A DNA stretch of 64,000 bases from contig CP068257.2 of the NCBI GenBank assembly GCA_009914755.4, forward strand, positions 26,304,001 through 26,368,000, in the 5' to 3' direction. Positions 33,583 through 49,079 of the stretch are shown one piece after another. Each line of letters opens with the position of its first letter. The stretch's first letter is position 1. The translations under genes were made by a program, and so were the position numbers. This stretch comes from the human T2T-CHM13v2.0 reference genome, Homo sapiens. The notes under the pieces were generated by a model, which worked only from the letters and a program-made list of their open reading frames with translations, ran no database searches and was not told where the DNA came from.

Positions 33583-33960
33583 TTGATATGGTTTGGCTGG
33601 GTCCACACCCAAAACTCATCTTGAATTGCAGCTCCCATAAATCCCACATGCCATGGGAGGGAACGAGTGAAAGGTAATTTAATCAGGACGGCAGGTTTTT
33701 CTCATGCTGTTCTCTTGGTAGTGAATAAGTCTCACGAGATCTGATGGTTTTATAAAGGGCAGTTCCCCTACACATGCTCTCTTGCATGCCACCATGTAAG
33801 ATGTGCCTTGCTCCTCCTTCACCTTCCACCATGACTGGGAGGCCTCCTCAGCCATGTGCAACCATGAGTCCATTAAATCTCTTTTCTTTATAGATTGCCC
33901 AGTCTCAGGTATTATTACTTCATAGTAGCATGAAAATGGACTAATACAATAATGAATGAC
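33583..33960 (+). mobile_element. THE1-type MaLR LTR (THE1B-like), sense
   Basis: tgatatggtttggctgggtccacacccaaaactcatcttgaattgcagctcccataaatcccacatgccatgggagg ... ggcaggtttttctcatgctgttctcttggtagtgaataagtctcacgagatctgatggttttataaagggcagttcccc ... ccatgtaagatgtgcc ... cagccatgtgcaaccatgagtccattaaatctcttttctttatagattgcccagtctcaggtattattacttcatagtagcatgaaaatggactaatacaa matches the THE1 consensus almost motif for motif. Confidence 0.88.
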
Positions 33961-36074
33961 AAAAGCACATATTTTATAAACTTCTTTGCAATAAGATTAA
34001 TGAGAGGTCTTTTGCTGGTAAAATAAAAAGTTTTATTATATCAAAACCTCATTTGTAAACTGGTTTTTAATTTAAAGGTAACTTTATGCACCTCAGTATT
34101 CTTTTATAAGAAGATGTAACACATGTTCTTTACACTGGGCATTGAAATATCTATAGTATTAGAGTCTTGAACTATCTCCTCTCTCCCTTTTTCTCATTCA
34201 TAAATTCCTGATATATACAATGATTTGTTTCATTAAGTCTATAACCGGAAACTTATGCTTGATGAGAAACCTTTTAGGAAGTGTTTGTCTGAAGCTATCT
34301 ACATAGCTTATTGCAATGATTAATTTTTGTGTCAATTTTACTGGGCCATGGGGTGCCCAGAAATTTGGTCAAATATTATTCGGAGCATTTGTGTGGGGGA
34401 GTTTTTAAATAAGTTAAATATTTAATTTGGTAGACTTTGAGTTAAGTAGATTGTCCTTGTTAATGTAGGTGGGCCTCATTCAATCAGTTGAAGGGCTGAA
34501 GGGAACAAAATCACTAGTTTCTTCAAAGCAAGAGAGAACTCTAAAGCAGACTGCCTTCAGATTAGAACTGTACCACTGGCTTTCCTGAGTCTCCTCTGTC
34601 AGCTCACCTTGCAGATTTTGGACTTACTAGCCTTCATACGACATGAGCCAATTCCTTACTATAAATCTCTTTGCATGTGTGTGACCCAACCTCTTTCCCC
34701 TCCAACACACACCCTATTAGTTGTGTCTTACTGGAGAACTGTGACTATCATACTCAGTTTATATACGATGGAGAGGTAATTTTTACTGTCACTTTATAAT
34801 AACTGATTAATGCTGTCAGCTGTGAATTTTAGTGAATTAAAACTCATATCAAGGGGGGCAAATACAAAAGCTTTGAGTATGAAATAGTTTTGGTACAAGT
34901 ACAAAGGAAATACAAACTGTCAATGTCTGAGATATTTTTAACACACCAAAAGTTGTACAGAAACAATTAATAAAGATTGAAACAAAGGAGGAAATTGACT
35001 TTGTTTTGAGGTGATTATGTGGGAGTCAGTGAGAAACATGCAGTTTGTGACCCTAAAATTTTCTTTGGATCACTTTGGTGTGAGAACTGCTATGTCACTG
35101 ATGGAGTTGGAGAAGGGTTTAGAGCCAAGTATGTATTCTTAATGATAGTGAGAAATCTGAGGAAATTGTTTAAAGGGACTTTTAAGAATTAAGTCTGGAA
35201 ATTCCTTGTAAAAAAAAAATTGAGGACAGTCAGGAGAAAATACCAGCAAATAAAGGGGACATTGAAACCATTCATTCAGATTAAATTTGTGCAGAATAAA
35301 TGTAGAGAAAAACAAAACTAAAAACTAATGCTTGAGGAATTACTCCAATCCAGTGGGAGGAGAAGAAAGAGAAGGTAGTGAAAGAAATAAACATTCAGAA
35401 AGTAAGAAAAGAATTAGAGATAGTCTAATGTAGCCAGAAGTACATATCCCAGACCTTAGAAAATGGTTTTCACCGTCTCAGATTTTTCTGAAGTAAATAT
35501 AAACAAATCCATTTTCTGTCTCTTCTTCCTTTAATTACATTATTATCCATTGGTCAAAGCAATATGAACCAATTCTAGTAGAAATTACATTGAAAGCTCC
35601 AATGAAATAGGATTTTCTTGGGAGTCACCCAAGAAATAGATTTTCTGAGCAGAGGTTTACACTTAGGTATGGTACTAATAAAGATTATCTGCAATAAGAT
35701 TGGCAATGACAAATTGCCTACTATAGTAATAGCTTCATTATATAGAATTATTACTTGGAAAATTAATTTTAATTGAAAACAATTTATCTGAGTGGTAGAA
35801 GTAAAAAGATTCTCCCGGCAGAGCTTATACCTGCTGTGTCTACTTAGCAGTGATTATTTCCCTAACTTTCTATTGACTCAAGGCTTTCTGTGCTCTATAT
35901 TTTCCTCATGCATATAAAATTATTTCCACAGATAGGAACACAGCATTTCTTTGCATTTAATCTTCATTTATAACCAAATTACTATATGAAACTTATATAT
36001 CTGCATCTCATTTGGGAAAAAACTGGTACTTGCAAGAAAGTTTATTGGCAATAAAAAGAATGTATTTAAATTTA

Positions 36075-36098
36075 CACACACACACACACACGCAAAAA
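36075..36098. repeat. (CA)n microsatellite
   Basis: acacacacacacacacacgc. Confidence 0.9.
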
Positions 36099-36633
36099 TT
36101 CAGAATAAAGTCATCTCCTGATAGCTTCTCCCATTTACAATATTTGTTCAAGGAATGAAAACTACATATTCCTTATTAAAAACATTTTTCCTCCATTATG
36201 ATTTGAAATTGTCAAATAAGAGGAGTGGTCATATCCCAAATCAAAAATTCTTTTTGAGCTGCACTTCTCCCTGATTAAGTATTTAATCCTCACCTAAAGG
36301 TCTCTCTAAAGTTGAGGTCTTGAAAAATTCCTTCTTGGTGTATCTTCCAAATAGAAATGCACTGTTAAAGCTTTCGTACAATAAGAACACATTTGGAATT
36401 ACGTATCTGATTCATTGCTACAGTTTACAACTAGAACCTAGGAGTTTCCACTGAAAACTGAGATAATCACTCATGGTGATTTAAGAATCGTAACTTTTCT
36501 GGATGTTTCCTACTACCATCATATTTGTAGAAAATAGGAAATACCTGTTTTAAAAAGATTCCACAGAAATGTGTTTAATATATATCACTATGCACAAATA
36601 GATGCACAAATTTATACTGTCTTTTGTCATTGA

Positions 36634-37305
<672 letters not shown>

Positions 37306-37692
37306 TTGGCTTTGAAACTGCAATCCCTTTTCCCAAAAATCCCCACTTTTCCCACTTTCTGAATTAAGCTCACACAGCAGGTTGGCATTTAAGACATACC
37401 ACTCTCTGGGAAAAAACCCTCAATTTTACCACATATCTATAGCCTATAGATTAACTGGATCATTATTATTATTCATCAGTTTTTAAGCCCACCTCATTGA
37501 ATATATGAGACTCTCAAGATTAGAAGATGGGACGGCATTCTCTAGGAAAACTGTCTTCTGGATCAAATGACACACCAATTTCAAGATCTTCCTGATTCCA
37601 TCAGTTACTCCCTTTTTCCATCAACTGTCTTTGTGTGTTTCTTTCCTCGGATTGAAGATATTTACATTTCTGATTGACATCAATATAATTAT

Positions 37693-37991
37693 TTTTTTTT
37701 TCCGAGACAGGGTCTAACTCTGCCGCCCAGGCTGGAGTGCAGTGGTAAGATCTCGGCTCACTGCTACCTCCACCTCCTGGGTTCAAGCGATTGTCTTACC
37801 CTCAGCCTCCCGAGTAGTGGGGACTATGGAGCATGCCACCATTCCTGGCCTGATATATATATTTTAGTAGAGACAGAGAGATGGGGTTTTGCCATTTAGG
37901 CTAGGCTGGTCTCCAACTCCTGACCTCAGGTGATCCGCCTGCCTCAGCCTCCCAAAGTGCTGGGATTACAGGTGTGAACCACCAAGGCTGC
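37693..37991 (-). mobile_element. Alu (diverged, AluJ/Sx-like), antisense
   Basis: T10 then ccgagacagggtctaactctgccgcccaggctggagtgcagtggtaagatctcggctcactgctacctccacctcctgggttcaagcgattgtcttacc ... gctgggattacaggtgtgaaccaccaaggctgcc. Confidence 0.88.
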
Positions 37992-39217
37992 CCTCTTATA
38001 ATCATTGTGATACGCATATTACCTTCAAAATTTATGCTAATGGAACTGAATTGCTTGTAAATCATGAATGAATGGCTTGTAAAATCATCCTACAATGAAA
38101 TATTCATTGGAATTTTTTTTCTGTCCTGACTCACAGCTGCATAAGAGAATTAGAAACAGTCAATGACATGGATATTTTATGTGCATGTTATCAAATAAAA
38201 TTATATTTTTTAAAAATAGCACATTTGATATCACATATACATATATTAAGCCAGGATAACTTTAAGAAAATGATACCAGTTATCATTACTCTTTATCTCA
38301 TTTATCTGAAGAAAATGCACTTGAGGCATAGGAATCTCTCCTCCCTATTACAGGGGATGCAAGCAAGAAACACATTTTGTTCTTGTGAAAGACTTAATGG
38401 GAGGAAAAAACAGAGGCTGGAAAGCCCTAATCTGACCTTCAAACAAAAAAGTCCTTTGAAAATAATGAAGTAAGTAATTTCCTCCCCTCTATTGGCAATG
38501 CCATCTCAATCTCTAAGAATTTCCTATTCACTCCTTGACCTTTCCAATGAGGTCATCACCAAAGGAAATGTCTTACTTCAAGAGTAAGAGCAGACTTTAA
38601 AGATCTTAAACAATTTCAGAGTATAGACCTTGTTAGATCCTGTTCTCTTGAAGGGAAAGAGTAAGCAAGAGTTTTTTGCCAAAGAAATAACTTCTCAATG
38701 AATTTCAAAGCACTTGTGTGTGTTCGGAAAGTAAAAAGCTGGACTCCATATAAATTCTAACATTTCAATACATTTTACATTGCCTACATCTTGAAATAAT
38801 ACTTTAGCTACTGAGGATTGTCATTTATTGATAAGGCTACATCTGATTTAGGAACTTATACTATTAAAAAAAAACAGAAGAAATGTTGAGCTGAAAAAAG
38901 TATAAACTTTTCTCAAATAAAATATGTCCTTTTGACTACATGGTTTCACCTTATTCAAAGGGCAATTATTTTCTATAAATCTATATATGTTTGCAATTTA
39001 TATGAAAGTTTTAGAAAATAATTTATGTTGCTCATATATAAGTAGCTACAGTGTTAAAATTTCTATTATATTATTTTACTTTTTAAAATAATTTGTATCT
39101 GATTTATGGTGTGCAAGACTTAAGATGAGAATTTAGTGAATTATATTTATGTCATACAGAACAGCAAAAAAGATAAATATATAAATAAATGATGAGATAT
39201 ATGATATTCTAGTCATG

Positions 39218-39563
<346 letters not shown>

Positions 39564-41808
39564 TTAAGAAACTGAGGAAATGATAATTTTTTTAAAAATT
39601 GTATCAGCTTTCTTTGTGCTGATATTAAATCAGAACTGTTCTAAACATGATTCTCATATAATTGGTTACTATTTTAAAATGACAGATATTGAATGTGTTA
39701 ATAAACCTTTCTGAAGCCATCTTATTTCATGGCCCCTCAGAAGTAGAATCTGAACACAAGATTTGAGAGCGAGTGATGCAATAAAGAAGTTCTGCCAAAA
39801 GAAACCACTCAGAAAGTGTAGGAAATACAACTGGAAAAAACAAGTCAAGCAAGGCTATGATTTCAGGTGAGGCACCAGCCTCAGTCTGACTGGATGGGGA
39901 GCTCTGGAGGGTAAATTGCACTTTATAGTTGGTCCTATGGGGAATCAAGTGTGCTGTGCTGTTGTATTCCACTAAGCATTCATTAGCTATGGGCCATAAG
40001 CTGTCCACAGACAACTCAGCTCTAAAAAGATAATCTGTCCTCGAAACTTTCCATGCCAGTCTTTACCAGCAAAGCACAGAGAGCCTAAGGAGCGGTCACA
40101 CAGTTCCTATGGGGGATCCACGGTTTTTACATGAGGCACCAACATTGTCTACTCTAGGAAGCATATTGAATTTTAATTAGCAATTCTAAGAATTGCTCAT
40201 AATATTGTTGCAGATACCACCAGCCGCCTACCCCAGAACCATTCACCACTGCTACGACCACCACCATCACTGACACCACCACCTGTAGCTCTCTTACCCT
40301 TTGCTGATTTAGCCTGATATTATTAAAGTGTTTACCTTTACACGATGCACTTTTAACTATTAGAATGATTATTGGTTTTACCCAGCCATATAAGTGGCAT
40401 TTTCCTTCACAGTGGTTAGTTTAAAGTTAGCAAGAAACTTAATCTTCTTGATTTTTCAAGGAAAATGTATCCACATTTTCCACCCTAATAAAAAAAAATG
40501 CACAGAAGAAAATATTCTTCATGACAACATCATCATGCCTGCATGCATTGACAGAAATTACTAAGGTCATGTTGCCATCATAAGTGGCAACAAAATATAC
40601 AGTCTACAGATAGCAAAGTAAATCATGGAAAGCCACAAAGGTTTGGGTGAGACTTCTGGGCCACTGTAATCTCCGCAGAGCTGGATTTTTATTAAGCAAA
40701 TAAAAAAACTAAATAATTGTCAATTGGGTCTTCTGTGTTAGCAAATGCATTTTTATTAATATAATAATAGCTGTCAAGCTATTGGCCTTTATAAAGAGCC
40801 TACAATGTGCCAGCTATATTTATAAGTACTTTACATATATCAATTCATTCTGGTGAAAGAGAACACATCCCATAGCTGCTAATAAATATCATAATTGTCA
40901 CATATAATCAAGATATTTGGCTCCTATTGAAAACGTTCAAATTATGTTGTGTTGCTCACTGAAGTTACTATACATTATCACTACTACTTCCAGCAAAAAC
41001 TATAGGGAGGAAACAGCAGATTATGTTTAAGTAATGTAAATAGCCATCTTAGTAAAATACTTACATAATATGTGTTTTTGATTTTCTTAATAATAGTCTT
41101 GTGCAGAAAAACTTTTTATAATTTAGAAGAATACTAAACTAACTATTGAAAACATTTGTATGTCTGTTTTCATCTCCTATATTTTTCCAGGCAATATGAG
41201 CAGAATACTAACCACAGAGTTTTCAAAGCCATATCAAACATAATCAATATGTTTGTGAAATCAAAGCACAAACATTCAAATTTCTGATATTTAATATACA
41301 AAGCGTATCTATACAATTTATAATTTGATAAATTTTACATGCTTATTCTTTCTCTGAATGTATTACATAATTACATGAGATATATTAACTCATATGCTAC
41401 AATATTTCATTTAAGAATAGTGTCCTCTTCAAAATCGATTTGGGAATACTTACAGCTTGATTTAGCTCGACTGAATAAATGAAAATCTTAGAAGTTTAAT
41501 TGTTGCTAGATCCAGTGAGAAAAACTATCCGGTATGGTACCTTTGCCTGCTATTATTCTTCTCTATTTATCTTTATTAGTATTCTAGAGTTATTAAGAAT
41601 AGATTATAATTGAAATACGAGAAGTCCTGGGAAAACTTCATGGGCAGCCACCTAACCACTTTTTTTATATTCTACCGAAACTGGCTTTAAGGAAGAACGA
41701 TCAGAGTACATACTTTAATTACAAGCAGAAGAACAGAGTAACTTTAACTTTATGATATTCAGTATTTTTTTATTCTAATCTTTATGTGACCCTGAAAATT
41801 TGAATTCA

Positions 41809-42128
41809 GGCTGGGTGTGGTGGCTCATGCCTGTAATCCCAGCACTTTAGGAAGCCCAGGTGGGTGGATCCCCTGAGGTCAGGAATTCAAGGCCAACCTG
41901 GTCAACATGGCGAAACCCTGTCTCAATTAAAAATGCAAAAATCAGCTGGGTGCAGTGGCACGTGCCTGTAATCCCAGCTACTTGGGAGGCTGAGGCAGGA
42001 GGATCACTTGAACATGGGAGGCAGAGATTGCAGTGAGCTCAGATCATGCCACTGCACTCCAGCCTGGGAAACAGAGCGAGACTCCATTTCAAAATAAAAA
42101 GTAAAATAAAATAAATAAATAAATAAAT
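41809..42128 (+). mobile_element. Alu (AluS-like), sense, with a long (AAATA)n-type tail
   Basis: ggctgggtgtggtggctcatgcctgtaatcccagcactttaggaagcccaggtgggtggatcccctgaggtcaggaattcaaggccaacctggtcaacatggcgaaaccctgtctc ... cctgggaaacagagcgagactccatttcaaaataaaaagtaaaataaaataaataaataaataaa. Confidence 0.9.
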
Positions 42129-43206
42129 TCATCTTTCTGAGAGTTAAAGCTAATGTCTATAAATTTTGGTTGATAATTAATAATATTTATCTGTGACTTC
42201 ATAAAGAGTTAAAGGATGAATATAAAAGAATATGATTGCCTTAGTGTGTGAATCTCATGTGGTAAGCACACTTGATAAATGTCAGATCCTCTCAGTTATT
42301 TTTTTCTTTGCGACTCAGAGCCCACAGTAGGTGGAAATACCAATACCAAATTACCCTACGGAGACTAAAAACAGGACTAAAGGAGTTAAAGATATGAACT
42401 TCAGTATCTTGCGGGAGCTAAGATTTTAATTTATGCTGAGATGTAAAAAAACTGACCTGATGTATTTTATTCCACAAGGGTATTTGAATTTTAAAGGATA
42501 AACTTTTACATAAATGTTATTATATATGTTTATCCAAAATATTCGAGGACAGAGTAGAACTTTCATAGAGGAGGAATTTTCCCACGGTGGTGAAAGGCAG
42601 TGTGCCACGCGGAGGGCTGCAGGGACAGTAGTATAGAAGGGCTAAACGGTGGTGAGAGTGTTGGAACATTCTCACGTAGCTGACACATAAACTGTAAATG
42701 GGATGTGAGACAAGAAAAGCAAAGGCTAGGCTTTGAAAGTGAGGGCCAGACTTCAAAAATCTTGTATGAAATAAAATAATAATTAATAATAATGGTTGAC
42801 ATACAGATTTCAAATGGCACTCCAAGGCACTATGTCTTGGAGTATCAAATTTAGTTTAAGACTGAGAGTAGGATTATACGAGTAGGAGATGCATCCTATT
42901 CACATGAAAATAAAGAGAGACATTGAGGAATAGAATGAAAAATTAACTTGAATAGTATGAAACTTCAGAGAGTGGTAAGTACCGCAGTTATAGAAGGTAA
43001 TCATCACCCTTATTGATAAATGAAGAAACTAAGTTTAGATGGTCAAGATAATTTTCCCAGGATTATGTAACTGACAAGTCAGAGAACGGGAAATTTACCT
43101 ATCTAAGCTTTGTTTTTTCCAAAACGATGCACTGTATGTTAAGAAAATAAATTTTTAGACAAAAGTAACAAGTCAATTGAGCATTTAAAATAGCTAAAAG
43201 CTACAA

Positions 43207-43238
43207 TCACACAGACACACATACACACACACACACAT
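43207..43238. repeat. Imperfect (CA)n microsatellite
   Basis: cacacagacacacatacacacacacacacata. Confidence 0.8.
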
Positions 43239-45240
43239 ATCCAACAACAAGGAAGGTAGAGGTATTTTGGCATTTGAAATTATCCTAGTAAGAAATGATA
43301 AATGTCTGAAATAGTGTAGAATTATTTCCCTTTACTGTCAGAGGCTAAATTGATGTTGGAAACATTACTTTCTTTGATAATAAAGTATTGTCATTATTAA
43401 GTGTTTATAAGGTATATGTGAATAAATCACATAGTTACTTTTAAAGGTAACTCATGCTGGTGAAAAGATATGGAGAGGCAAAAAAGCCAATGTTTTAAAG
43501 TTTTAATATATTTTTAAGTGTATGAAGCAACCAATTTATTTTGATATAATCAGTGGTGAAAGTAATGGCATCAAGCATCCGTGGAGGCTTTTAATGAGAA
43601 TCATGTGCTATGTAAAGCTGTTGGACAGAGTTTAAAGGATCAGAATGTTGGAGGATATAAAAAAAAAAAATGGCAAATGCCCAGTTGCTTTTGTAAGGGA
43701 TTTTAAATTAAAGCAGCAAACCTTTTAAAGCATCACACAGTGGGCAAAATGAAAATGAAAGCTAATTAACCTGAATTATTTTTCAGTTGTACAATTTTGC
43801 AATAATCTTCCATGGAGTTCATGACCAGAGGATGACTAGACCTTGAGAAGTATTTGAAGAAGGGGTCAAGGTGGGAGCCAAGGCAACCATCTGAAACAGC
43901 TGGCCTGCCTGGGCATGTCTGAGCCAGATGTCTACTTCTGGTCCAGAGTTAGAATTATGTATAAAATCAGGTACTGGGAACAATTTATCTATGTTAAAAA
44001 GATGTGTGTGTGTGAATGGATGTATATACGTGTGCTATAAGAACAGAAAATAGTATCTTAATTGTAATAGAAGAAACTTGGACAGCATGTTTCAAAAGCC
44101 TTAAAATTCATATCATTTTACACATTATTTCAATTCTTACTAATTTATATTAAAGATATCATTAGAGCGAATATGAGTATTTATTACTATACTGTTTATT
44201 GCCATTTTATTTATAATAACAAAACATTCCAATCATTTTAATTGTTAGTAGTAGGGGAATGGTGAAACAATTCATGGAATATTCAAGAAATAAAATGTGT
44301 GCAGCCATGAAAAGTCATGCAATAGAAAAATATTTAATGACACAGGTGTAGAGTAAAACTAAAAATTATTATAAATAATCACATCTACAAATTGTTAGTT
44401 TAAAAGTATATTTAAGGAATTTATATCCAAATTATATATGTATTTATAAAAAGACAAGAAATACACAAAATATTTTAGATTATATTATCCAAATGGAGTT
44501 ACATGTACTTTTTTGTTTACGTTATGCTATTAGAAATTTACTCATTTTTATAAAATAAAATTGTTTTTTATTTTACTAAAAATACTGTTTTGAGATATCA
44601 ACAGTTGGGGAAAATGTGTTAGCAAAGAACTAAAAGAAAGCTGTATAAGCATAAGAAATACATTTTTACTTCAGCCTAAAACTAAGCCCTTAACATTCCT
44701 TAACTGAGGAATGTCAACCATCTCATTACATTTCCTTAGGCTGCAAAATATGTAAGTATACCTCTCTTTTCCTATTGTGCTTTTATGAAAATAATCTCTT
44801 TGGTATTCTGGTATTCTTTTATGACATATCAATTTTAAAAAATAAAGTTGTGTATCCACCAACACATTTTCATACATTGGCACATGGTATTTATAACTCT
44901 AAAGCCAAAGTGGGCACAGACTAGGACCTGCTGAAGCAGGGAATCTGAGTCTCACAGGGCGGCTTCAACCTCTATGACCATCTAAGAATCTTTTGGAATG
45001 ATCCCCATCAGCAATGTATAATTGTACACATTTTACCATGCCCACACTAACACCAGAAATTATCTTTAATAATATTTTAAATGCATGAAATACTTATTAA
45101 AATAATTTTGAAGAATAAAAATATATAATAAATATTTTGTAATAGATATATCCTGCAATTATGTTGTGGAAGAAAAGTACAATAAGGAAAGAAACCCAAA
45201 ATGGTGACAACTTTGTTTTTAAGAGTGAATGAGTATATAT

Positions 45241-45325
45241 GTGAAGGAAAAAAGAAGGGAGAGGGAGAGACAGAGAGAGAGAGGGAGCACAGGTAGGAAG
45301 AGGAAGAGAAGGAACAGAGAAGAAA
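45241..45325. repeat. Purine-rich (GA/GGA)n low-complexity tract
   Basis: gaaggaaaaaagaagggagagggagagacagagagagagagggagcacaggtaggaagaggaagagaaggaacagagaagaaagaa. Confidence 0.6.
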
Positions 45326-46049
45326 GAATTAGATCTCCCTTTTGTTGGTTGATAATTTAATTAACTACCTTTCTTAGGAATATATTATACATTCAGTTGA
45401 ATAAATAGAATGACAGATAGTAAAAAATATTCAGTGTAACATAATGTCCAATATAGTCTAATTCCAGTTTTCTAGCTGATAGTCCTGGGAGTCCTAGAGA
45501 GAGAAGACTGAGGGAAAGAGAAATCCCTCCTCCTGACTGCTTCCCAGTGACTTATGAGTGAAGGTATTAAAGCCAAATACGGTCTTTCTGTGTTTTCCAT
45601 GTTCCACCTCTTTTCAAGCATTTGTGTGAGAACCAGGGACACCTTAAGGGAGAAGGGAATGGTGACACTGCCCTTCTCCTTTTTCCTCTAAAATTTCTGA
45701 TTGTAGTAAATGGCTTCATTCAAAGTTAACCTTGCATTAAATATATTTCAAAATATATCAACTTGGTAATGCAAATATACATGAAAAGAAAATAGTTTAC
45801 TCATGTAGTTTATGGCATAGTGATGCTAAAATGAGTTAATATTTATTTTATGAAAGAATACTTGTACATATAGAATTTATTATTAATTAATACTAAACAT
45901 TTACTGATTAATAATTCGGATGGTTTTGATTTAATGAAGTGTTTCATACATGTGTATACGTGTGTGTGTGTCTGTATATATATGTTTTGCTCTGGGCAAC
46001 AAGAGCGAAACTCCGCCTATAATAATAATTAATGAATTAATTTAATTAA

Positions 46050-46350
<301 letters not shown>

Positions 46351-49079
46351 TACTCATACGTCTATATTTGTTGCAGAAAATGATAAAGCGTTCAATAAAA
46401 TAATTCTATGCAGTAGAATAAATTTTTTGTGGAAGTGAAATAGAACTATGCGTTCAAAGAAAAAAAAGAACAGTCAAAGATTTCCAGATGCTACGAATGA
46501 ACATGTTCATGAATAATTCTATATGGATGATGGCAGGGATGAAACTGCCATTATATTTTCAATTTCATCGAATATGTTGTTAAAATTGATAGATTTTATT
46601 TCAAAATATTTCTGTTTATAATGTACCAAAGATTATACACCATTTACAACTATTACAATGAAAACATTTAAATGTCAACCTAAAACATTTACAAGTGAGT
46701 TCCTAGTTTTTGAAAATTATATAAAAGGCAATTGAAAAAAGAAAAAAACACTGTCTTGGAACACATATATCCCTGTAACCATCCACCTAGAATTTGGTAA
46801 GTTCAATGGGAAAGGCTTTCCAGTATTCATATTTGTGGACCCATGTTTTAGCTGAGTGGTAGGAATACAGTTATTTCATTTCTGAGTGTTGAATAAATAT
46901 AGTGTCATATTTGAGTGAAGATTATAGGACTTAGAAGATCTAGAAATCATAACATCCAAAACAAGCTATAGGCAAGATTTTCACTTCTATAATTCTTGGT
47001 CTTCATTCATAAAAATCGAGACCACATTAATGCTTACTTCAAAGGAGCTGAATGTCAGCAGAGGCTAAAAAATGTAGTTTACTGGATCATATTAAGAATT
47101 ACAAGTTTTATTTGAAAGAATATTTCCATCTAAATTATCGTTCTAAACATCTAAAGAATGTGTCAAGCATAAAGACTAGTCTATCTAGCTGAAGTACAGA
47201 GAAGGAATTGTAGAGAGTAGAGGTTAGTGGGGAGGCTAATTAATAGGTTGTCATGTCAGTACAAGTGAGACGATAAGTCTAGCTTGCACTAGGATGCTGA
47301 CATCAGAGAAGGAGACAAATAGATTCAAGAGGAATTGGCAGATAAGTGTCTCAGAATATACTGATGAATGCAAATGAGGACAATTTACGGACAGCCAGAA
47401 TTCTGGTCTAAACAGCTAGGTAGGTGGTGGTGCCACGTAACAGGAGGGATCATTGAGGGATACAGGAGAATCAGGTTTAAGGGTGAAAATCATGATTATA
47501 ATATTGGTTAGGTTCAGTTGAACCAGTCTTTTGGAAATGGAAGTGAATGTGTGAAGGTAATTGAGTATCAAGCTGGAGATCAGACAGGATGTTCTGATGC
47601 TACAGATGTTGACGAAAAAGTCACTGTTATTAGAATGCTCTCCTGCTTTCTACTAACAGAGATAAGAACTGAAGTCATTTGCATGGAGTCAGTGGAGGCA
47701 AAGAACTTCAGGTGTAGACTCTGAGGATCATTAAGTTGAAAATACTTATTGTGTAGGGTGGATGAACACATTATCTAGAGTAACAATGTGCTGAGAGTAA
47801 TTGCAAACCCTCAACCTCAATCCAGAGGTTGAATGAAGCTGAAAATAGTTTGTTGGAGGCTGGCCTCCATTACCAGGGAACATAGAGACCTCACATTAAT
47901 TAGTGTGCATTTTTGAAATTCTAATAGTCTTTCTTGGTTGAGCAGTTAAAACAAATCAAAACAAAACAAAAAACCTCATTATTCACTGAAAGTTGCTAAT
48001 AGAAGATATGGGCTTATATCTGAATAATCTCCATATGGATTTATACCTGAATTCCACCTGTCCTAAAAAATATAATAACCTTTGTGTTTGTGTGTGAAAG
48101 TAATGTATAAATTCCTGGAGTTAAAACAAACTAACAAAAAAGAAGTAATTCAATCTGGGAAATCAAAAGCTGATGTATATGTGTGTGGATAAGTGTGGAG
48201 TGACAGGAGTTAGAAGTAGGGGAGGCGTATCAGCATCTGTGGAAAGGGACTTCTAGTCATATCAATTGAAGGAAAGTTTGGAGGAAAGCTTTGGAGCTCT
48301 ATTCCTGTCTTTTGATACTAACTTAAGAGGATAATTGCCCTTCCATTCATTATGGAAATCCGAAACAAGAGGCCAGGTTACTCAATGATACTGAGTAAAA
48401 CCAGGACAGCATAATAACATTAATGTATTAATGTAGTAAGGAGCTGATACCAACCACACCTGAATAACAAGTTTTCCTTCTGTGAGTTTTCCTTTCCATG
48501 CCATTATCCTTTCAATCTCAAAGATAATGGGGTGGAAGGGGGGAAGCTAAGAAGATATTCTCCTCTCTCAGTCTGGTCCCAGGGAGGAAAAACTTTTGAT
48601 ATTTGTATGCATGGGGTCTTCTCTGATACAGTATCTAGAAAAGAGCAAGAAAAGCTGAGGTAGGTATAAAGATTAAATGAACAGCATTGCAGTTGCCACA
48701 GTAATGTCAGCCAATCCCATAAGGAATTCTAGAGCCCTTTAGAGATATCACTAATTGAGACCAGGGAGCCAGGCCTTTGAATGCTGCAATGACCAATTAT
48801 TGGACACCAATCACCGGACACAGGGAAAGAGATGGGATAGTTCCCTTAGGTTGAGAACAATTTCTGACAAGGGATGCAGGCAACACTGCCAGTAGGTAAG
48901 AAAATAAGGGCCCCCATCCTGAAGGATGACATAAACAGCACCTCATTATAACCACTACATTTTCTTTCAGGTTACTCTTTTCTTTCAAAGAAATGTAAGG
49001 TGAGTATTGTCCACTCTACCCAAAAGAATCTACACATTTGATGCAATCCCCGTCAAAACACAAATGACATTCCTCAAAG

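Noticed and set aside
40225-40300. CCA/ACC-rich segment (ccaccactgctacgaccaccaccatcactgacaccaccacc) that could look like a coding triplet repeat
   Set aside because: It is short, has no flanking ORF, has no splice signals and is embedded in AT-rich unique DNA. It is most likely a degenerate simple repeat.
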